Assembly: GCA_965243135.1 (NCBI GenBank)
Contig: OZ251539.1
Coordinates: 3,904,001-3,968,000, forward strand
DNA length: 64,000 bases
Reading direction: 5' to 3'
Source of the DNA: Alphaproteobacteria bacterium
GTDB lineage: Bacteria; Pseudomonadota; Alphaproteobacteria; MPNO01; UBA830
The notes under the pieces were generated by a model. It ran no database searches and had not been told where the DNA came from. It saw only the letters and a program-made list of their open reading frames with translations. The position numbers and the translations under genes are program-made. This document shows, piece by piece, positions 57,989 through 64,000 of the stretch (position 1 is its first letter; every line of letters begins with the position of its first letter).

Positions 57989-59011
57989 ATGACCGGAGTC
58001 GAACGTGCGAACGGCCACAAGCCGGCGGGCCTTCCGCCTCTCTTTCATCCCGGGCTGGCGAAGGCGCCGCGGCCCGATCCGGCGTCCCTTTCCTACGATC
58101 TGAACAAGGCGCTTTCCGCGGTCGTGCCGTTGCAGGCGCGCGCTCCCGAGGACGCGTTTTCGGCCTCGTACCTTGGAACGGAGCGCGAGGGCAACGCCGT
58201 CCTGATCACCGACGACGGCCTGCTGTTGACCATCGGCTACCTGATCAACGAATGCGAACTGATCACGGTCGGCACCCGGATCGGCGGGGTCGCGCAAGCG
58301 CATGTCGTCGCCTACGACTACGAGACCGGGTTCGGGCTGATCCGCGCCACGAGCGACCTCGGCCTGCCGCATCTCGAACGAGGACGGTCGGCGGACGTGC
58401 GGGAAGGCAGCGTGCTTACCGTCGGCGCTCATGGCGGCGCCGCCCAGGCGCTGTCGGCGACGGTTTCCTCCGTGCGCGAGTTCGCGGGTTACTGGGAATA
58501 CCTGATACCGGACGCGATCTTCACCGAACCGCCGCACCCGATCTGGTCGGGCGCGGCGCTGATCGGCGAGGACGGAAAGTTGGTCGGCGTCGGCTCGCTG
58601 TTCGTGCAGGACCCCGAAAAGGACGACAGCGGCAAGCGCCCCGGAAACATGTTCGTTCCCGTCGACCTGCTCGAGCCGATATACGACGCGCTGGTGGGGA
58701 AGGGACGGATCGATCGCGCGCCGCGTCCCTGGCTCGGAATTTACACGGTCGAAACCGTGGGCCATCTACTGATCACCGCGGTGTCGGAACGCGGCCCGGC
58801 CGCCCGCGCCGGCGTCGAGCCGGGCGACGTCCTGCTCGCCATCAACGGCGAAGACGTCAAGGGCCTCCCGGACTTCTACCGCAAGCTTTGGAGATCGGGA
58901 GAAGCGGGAGTTCCGGTCGATCTCGCGCTGCTGCGGGACCGGCAGGTCATCGAGATCTCCGTCATCACCATCGACCGCGACAGGATCATGCGCAGCCCCA
59001 GTTCGCACTGA
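57989..59011 (+). CDS. Trypsin-like (S1C) fold + PDZ domain protein
   Basis: LGTEREGNAVLI..DGLLLTIGYLI, YDYETGFGL, FAGYWEYL, RPWLG and GPAARAGVEPGDVLLAING; AAGGAG RBS. Confidence 0.85.
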   Translation: MTGVERANGHKPAGLPPLFHPGLAKAPRPDPASLSYDLNKALSAVVPLQARAPEDAFSASYLGTEREGNAVLITDDGLLLTIGYLINECELITVGTRIGGVAQAHVVAYDYETGFGLIRATSDLGLPHLERGRSADVREGSVLTVGAHGGAAQALSATVSSVREFAGYWEYLIPDAIFTEPPHPIWSGAALIGEDGKLVGVGSLFVQDPEKDDSGKRPGNMFVPVDLLEPIYDALVGKGRIDRAPRPWLGIYTVETVGHLLITAVSERGPAARAGVEPGDVLLAINGEDVKGLPDFYRKLWRSGEAGVPVDLALLRDRQVIEISVITIDRDRIMRSPSSH

Positions 59012-59014
59012 CCT

Positions 59015-60196
59015 TCAATCCGCCATCGCGTCCTCGGGCTCCCATCGCCCCTCGCCCTCCAGCGACATCGCGGCGGGCATGACTTCGCGGGCGAACAGTT
59101 CCATCGAACGACGGGTCAAGTCGCTGGGCAACGACGCAATCTGGAACATCCCCAGCAGATAGCCGAGTCCCGCCTCGGCGTGGCACTCCGCGATCTTTCG
59201 CCGCACCGTGTCGGGACTCCCGACGATGACGACCTCGCGCTCCATCAGCGATTCGACGGTATGCGTCGACACCAGGCTGGACTTCGTCTTCAGCACCCGC
59301 TTGAAGGACGGGATGGACATGTAGCCGGGCGGCAGCAGCATTTCGGGCGTGTACTTGAGAAGCTTGTTGAAGAACATCTCCACGTGCGGACGGGCTTCGT
59401 CCACCGCCCGGCGATCGGTCTCGGCGACGTAGATCGGCGCGGCCCATCCGAGCTGGCCGGACGAAGCCGCATAACCGTAGTCGCGCGCCGTCCGTCGGTA
59501 GGCGTTATGGAACCGCACCACGTTCCGGAACGGCGAATAGGTCTGCAGATAGGTGTACCGGCGGGCCGGGTGCGCCGCCCATTCGATGGTTTCCCGAGAT
59601 CCCTGGCTGGGCACCCATATGGGCGGGTGAGGCTGCTGGAACGGCCGCGGCCAGACGTTGACGTATTCGAAATGGTAGTGACGCCCCTCGAACGCGAACG
59701 GCCCCTCTTCGGTCCAGGCGCGAACCACCAGATCGTGCGCCTCGTGAAAGCGCTCGTGGCTGAACGCCGGATTCGCGCCGAGCGAATAGTACTCGCAGCC
59801 CAAGCCTCGCACCATGCCGCTAATCAGCCGCCCGCCGGTGATGCAGTCGATCATCGCATGCTCTTCCGCCAACGTCGTCGGATGGTCGCGAATGCCGAAA
59901 GCGTTGCCGAGAATGGCGATCCTGACGCGCTCCGTGCGGCGCGCGAGCGCCGACGCCATCACGACCGGCGACGGCATCAGCCCGTAGGCGTTCTGGTGAT
60001 GCTCGTTGACGCAAACGCCGTCGAAGCCCAGCTCCTCGGCGTATTCGAGCTCGTCCAGATAGCGATTATAGAGCTCGTGGCCCTTCGCCGGGTCGAAATT
60101 GGCGTTGGAGTAGGTCACCCAGCACGTATCGTGATCCCGGTCGTAGTCCGGATCCAGATACGCATACGGCATCAGGTGGAAAAGAAAGACCTTCAT
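59015..60196 (-). CDS. LLM-class (luciferase-like) flavin-dependent oxidoreductase, paralog 2
   Basis: FLFHLMPY, GFDGVCVNEHHQNAYGLMPSP and VWPRPFQQPHPPIW. Confidence 0.9.
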   Translation of the reverse strand: MKVFLFHLMPYAYLDPDYDRDHDTCWVTYSNANFDPAKGHELYNRYLDELEYAEELGFDGVCVNEHHQNAYGLMPSPVVMASALARRTERVRIAILGNAFGIRDHPTTLAEEHAMIDCITGGRLISGMVRGLGCEYYSLGANPAFSHERFHEAHDLVVRAWTEEGPFAFEGRHYHFEYVNVWPRPFQQPHPPIWVPSQGSRETIEWAAHPARRYTYLQTYSPFRNVVRFHNAYRRTARDYGYAASSGQLGWAAPIYVAETDRRAVDEARPHVEMFFNKLLKYTPEMLLPPGYMSIPSFKRVLKTKSSLVSTHTVESLMEREVVIVGSPDTVRRKIAECHAEAGLGYLLGMFQIASLPSDLTRRSMELFAREVMPAAMSLEGEGRWEPEDAMAD

Positions 60197-60202
60197 CGCC
60201 GC

Positions 60203-61372
60203 CTATTCCGCCGCGATGGCCTTCGCCGCGCCGAACTCCCGAACCGCGGGCAGCACCTCGGCGGCGAAGCGCTTCATGCTCGCGACCGTCGTTTCGTGGG
60301 CCATGGAGGCCACCTGGAACATGCCCAGGAAGGTGCCGATGCCGGCCTCGCGATGGCAGCGCTCGAGGCGCTTGCGAACCGTGTCCGGACTTCCGACGAC
60401 CACGATCCCGGTCTCCATTAGCTCCTCCACGGACCGCGCTTTCGAAAGCCCGCTCTTGTGCTTCATCACGTTCTTGTAGGATCGGAGGGTGAGATAGCCC
60501 GGCGGCAGCAGCATTTCCGGGGTCATGCGCAGGAACTTGTTGAAAAACGCCTCCATGTGAGGCCCCGCCTCCTCGACCGCCCGCTCGTCGGTTTCGCCGA
60601 CGTAGATGGGCGCCGCCCAGCCGACCTGCGAATCGGTCGAACGGTAGCCGTACTTTTCGAGCGCCACTTCGCGGTACATGTTCAGATACTTTCGCACGGC
60701 GTCGAACGGGCTGTAGGTCTGGAGATAGGTGTACTTGCGGTCGGGATGCGCCGCGAACTCGATCGTCTCGAGCGATCCTTGGGAAGGGCACCAGATCGGA
60801 GGATGGGGCTTGCTGTAGGGCCGCGGCCATACGTTGACGTACTCGAAATGATAGTGCTTGCCCTCGAAGGCGAACGGACCCTCCTCGGTCCACGCGCGAA
60901 CGACGAGGTCGTGCGCCTCGTGGAACCGTCCGTGGCTGAACGCCGGATTCGCGCCCATCGAGTAGTACTCCGCGCCGATGCCGCGCACCATGCCGCTGAT
61001 CAGCCGCCCGCCGGTGATGCAGTCGATCATCGCGTGCTCCTCCGCCAGCGTCAGCGGATGCGCGCGGATGCCGAAGGCGTTGCCGAGGATGGCGATCCGG
61101 GCTTTCGAGGTGCGCCGCGCGAGCGCCGACGCCATCACCACCGGCGACGGCATGAGCCCGTAGGCGTTCTGGTGATGCTCGTTGACGCACAGCCCGTCGA
61201 ACCCGAGTTCTTCGCCCATTTCCAGTTCGTCGAGGTACGTATTGTAGAGGCGATGCCCGACCTTCGGATCGAAATTGGAATTCGGGTAGATCACCCACGT
61301 CGCCTTGTACGTCTTGTCGTAATCCAGATCGAGGCTGGCGTAGGGCATGAGATGGAACAGAAAGCATTGCAT
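60203..61372 (-). CDS. LLM-class flavin-dependent oxidoreductase, paralog 1
   Basis: MQCFLFHLMPY and GFDGLCVNEHHQNAYGLMPSP; GAGGAAG upstream; 6-nt gap to paralog 2. Confidence 0.9.
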   Translation of the reverse strand: MQCFLFHLMPYASLDLDYDKTYKATWVIYPNSNFDPKVGHRLYNTYLDELEMGEELGFDGLCVNEHHQNAYGLMPSPVVMASALARRTSKARIAILGNAFGIRAHPLTLAEEHAMIDCITGGRLISGMVRGIGAEYYSMGANPAFSHGRFHEAHDLVVRAWTEEGPFAFEGKHYHFEYVNVWPRPYSKPHPPIWCPSQGSLETIEFAAHPDRKYTYLQTYSPFDAVRKYLNMYREVALEKYGYRSTDSQVGWAAPIYVGETDERAVEEAGPHMEAFFNKFLRMTPEMLLPPGYLTLRSYKNVMKHKSGLSKARSVEELMETGIVVVGSPDTVRKRLERCHREAGIGTFLGMFQVASMAHETTVASMKRFAAEVLPAVREFGAAKAIAAE

Positions 61373-61827
61373 GACATTCTTCCTCTCGCGATACCGCGAA
61401 ACCCTACAAAAGACTGCCAAGGTTGGCAATCGCCGCCGCCCGGACAAAACGGCGCGACGCGCGTCTCCCGGCGCCGGCATTTTCTTGCCAGGCGCCGTCG
61501 TTTCGCCAGATTCGCCGGGCGCGACCGTTTACCGCGAGGGCGGCGTCCGGAGGCTGGCCGCGAAAACAGCAGTCTCGGAGTTGAAAAATGCGCCTTTTTT
61601 CGCGCCCGAAGCGGGGAATTCCTTGCCCCCTGAAAGCCGTCGGCATACGCCGGAAACGGCGCAAGAGCGCACGCTGGGACATGTCACTGCCGGCCGCGCC
61701 TCCCTGCGACGCCGCCCCGTCAAGCCGCCGGCACGCAAGGCGGCGACCCGGCGGAAACGGCAGCCGCCCTCGACGAGGCGGCTCGACCGTTCGAAATGCC
61801 CGAACGGGACGTCGACGGTTGCCAGCT

Positions 61828-63361
61828 TCAGACGGTCTCGAACTCGAACCCGACGATGTTGCGCTCCTCCCGGCCGAACTCGATCCCGATCAGGTGGACC
61901 GGCACGCCCGGACGCCGGTACTTGTCCGCGTAGCCGCGCTCCCGAATCTGCGCCAGCGCCCGGCCTTGCGGCTTCCCGTCCGCGACCTTGAACTCGAACA
62001 GGTAGACGTCGCCGCCATGCAGGACCGCCAGGTCCGCGCGTCCGCGCGCCGTGCTCTCCTCGGCGCGGACGTCCATGCCCGCCGCCGCGAAATGCGAGTA
62101 GAACACGCTCGCGTAGTGGGCCCCCGCCATGCCCGTGTTCGCGTACCACTCGTTCGGAATGCTCGCCAGGAACGCCCGGAACAGATTCTCAAGGCCCGCG
62201 AAGTCGTTCGCCCGCATCAGGCGGCGCAACTCCCGGCTCTCCGCCGCGACCGCGACGTCCGGCGCCATCGCCTCCAGCAGGAGCGCGTTCAGGCTGCGCT
62301 TCACCTCATGGTTCGGGTAGTCCAGCCGGTAGGGGGGCGCGTCTTCGCCCCGCTTCTCGTCGGCGACGGTCAGGTAGCCGGTCTGGAACAGCAGCGCCTC
62401 GACGGGAATGCGGTCGACGTCGATGGCCGACAGCAGGTCGTCGTCCGCGAACATGCCCTCCAGAGCCGGCGCCGAGACCCGGCGCCGCGACAGAAGGTCG
62501 ACGAGGAAGGTCGGCGTGCCGGTCTGGAACCAGTACGGGCGGAATCTGCGCTTGTCGAACAGCAGCAGGATGTCGTGCGGGTTGTAGACCCTCTCCGGCC
62601 CGAGCCAGTTGTAGCCGTTGTACCAGCGGCGGACCTCGTCCCGGTCCAGGCCCTCGAGTTCAGGGGCGAAGACCGCGTCCAGCTCCGCGTCCGTGTAGCC
62701 GCAGATGTCGCCGTAGCGCTCGTCCAGCGTGATGTCGTTCAGGTTGTTCAGGCCCGAGAACAGGCCCGCCTGCGAGAACTTGCTCACCCCCGTCAGGAAA
62801 ACGAAACGGAGCTGCTCGTCGCACTCCTTGATCATCGCGTAGAAGCCGCGCAGGAAGTCGCGGTTGGCCGCCGCCAGTTCCCGGTCGTCGAGCGCGTCCA
62901 GGATCGGCTTGTCGTACTCGTCCACCAGCACGACCGCTCGTTGCCCGGTGCGCTCGTGCAGCGTCCTTATCAGGCGCCGGAAACGGATCGACGCCTCGGC
63001 AGATCCCGGTTCGACGCCGGCCAGCCGCTCCGTCTCTTCCAACTGGTCTTCCACATCTTTTCGAACGAAGTCCGGGCTGTCGAAATTGCCGCCGCCGAAG
63101 CTGATCCGCACGACGGCGCGCCGACCAGTCCCACTCGTCGTGCACGGCGAGGCCCCGGAACAACTCCTCCCTCCCCTCGAACAGCTTCTGCAGCGTGTCC
63201 ACCAGGAGGGTCTTGCCGAACCGGCGCGGACGCGACAGGAAATAGTACCTGCCTCTCTCGACAAGGCGGCGCACATGGTCCGTCTTGTCGACGTAGTAGC
63301 AGTCCAGCTCCCGGATCGTCCGTAGGGAGGAAATGCCGGTCGGAAGCATGCGTTTCGCCAT
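61828..63361 (-). pseudogene. AAA-ATPase-like + PD-(D/E)XK (PDDEXK_9) protein, frameshift near 63118 (real or assembly error)
   Basis: LPTGISS, YYVDKT and SRPRRFGKTL in one frame; VLVDEYDKP, FLTGVSKFS, WYNGY, GRADL and FEFK in another. Confidence 0.85.
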
Positions 63362-63511
63362 TCGCGCAGAGTAGGCCGCCATGCCGGAGCCGTCAAGGAG
63401 GGGCGGAGTCCGCCGGCCGAACGCCGGGTCGGGGTTCCCGCGGCGCGTCCCGCCGACGCCTTTCGCGGAGTCGCCGCCTGCGTCCGAACGGGACGTCGAC
63501 GGTTCCCGGCT

Positions 63512-64000
63512 TCAAACGGTCTCGAACTCGAACCCGACGATGTTGCGCTCCTCCCGGCCGAACTCCACCCCGATCAGGTGGACCGGCACGCCCGGACGCC
63601 GGTACTTGTCCGCGTAGCCGCGCTCCTGCGCCAGCGCCCGCCCTTCCGGCTTCCCGTCCACGACCTTGAACTCGAACAGGTAGATGTCGCCGCCGTACAG
63701 GACCGTCAGGTCCGAGCGTCCGCGCGCCGTGCTCTCCTCCGCGCGGACCTCCATCCCCGCCGCCACGAAGTGCGAGTAGAACACGCTGGCATAGTGGCCC
63801 TCGTAGCCGGCCATGCCCGTGTTCGCGTACCACTCGTTCGGGATGCTCGCCAGCAACGCCCGGAACTGCCGCTCGAGGCCCGCGAAGTCGTTCGTCCGCA
63901 TCAGGCGGCGCAGTTCCCGGCTCTCCGCCGCGACCGCGACGTCCGGCGCCATCGCCTTCAGCAGGAGCGCGTTCAGGCTGCGCTTCACCTCCTGGTTCGG
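63512..64000 (-). CDS. Second tandem AAA-ATPase-like + PDDEXK_9 gene, 3' part only (5' part is outside the window)
   Basis: Highly similar to 61828-62320: YEGHYASVFY, GRSDL, FEFK and YADKYR...IGVEFGREERNIVGFEFETV; the downstream flank is also duplicated. Confidence 0.88.
   Translation of the reverse strand, partial: PNQEVKRSLNALLLKAMAPDVAVAAESRELRRLMRTNDFAGLERQFRALLASIPNEWYANTGMAGYEGHYASVFYSHFVAAGMEVRAEESTARGRSDLTVLYGGDIYLFEFKVVDGKPEGRALAQERGYADKYRRPGVPVHLIGVEFGREERNIVGFEFETV

Overview
This is a high-GC window, most likely from an alphaproteobacterium (inferred from the hisN-yejA-yejA-yejBEF order, the ROSE/sigma32-controlled ibpA and the marR/leucyl aminopeptidase families). Core metabolic blocks alternate with lower-GC defence and toxin-antitoxin patches, pseudogenes and several tandem duplications. 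Main results: (1) a tightly coupled four-gene minus-strand operon at 971-4673 (small unknown protein, QatC/QueC-like enzyme, HTH-ImmA/IrrE metallopeptidase, PIN nuclease) looks like a Qat-like module with a different effector pair and is the best candidate for an undescribed defence system. (2) selA-selB-selC is accompanied by two selenoprotein genes that the ORF track splits at in-frame UGA codons, each followed by a SECIS-like hairpin: an exported peroxiredoxin-like UxxC protein (43127-43768) and an AhpD-like CxxU protein (55220-56338). (3) An IS66-family element with 41-bp inverted repeats and an 8-bp target duplication carries a DUF4338/DruA-like passenger and sits inside an AbiEii toxin gene. 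(4) A DUF4268 / PLD-SNF2 helicase / Eco57I-like methyltransferase locus has an AT-rich, apparently swapped C-terminal half of the methyltransferase. (5) An intact aldehyde dehydrogenase ORF has its catalytic Cys, Glu and Asn all replaced. (6) An old tandem duplication (13650-19830) shows reciprocal gene loss. Family assignments come from motif recognition by eye; no database searches were run, and start codons are best estimates.
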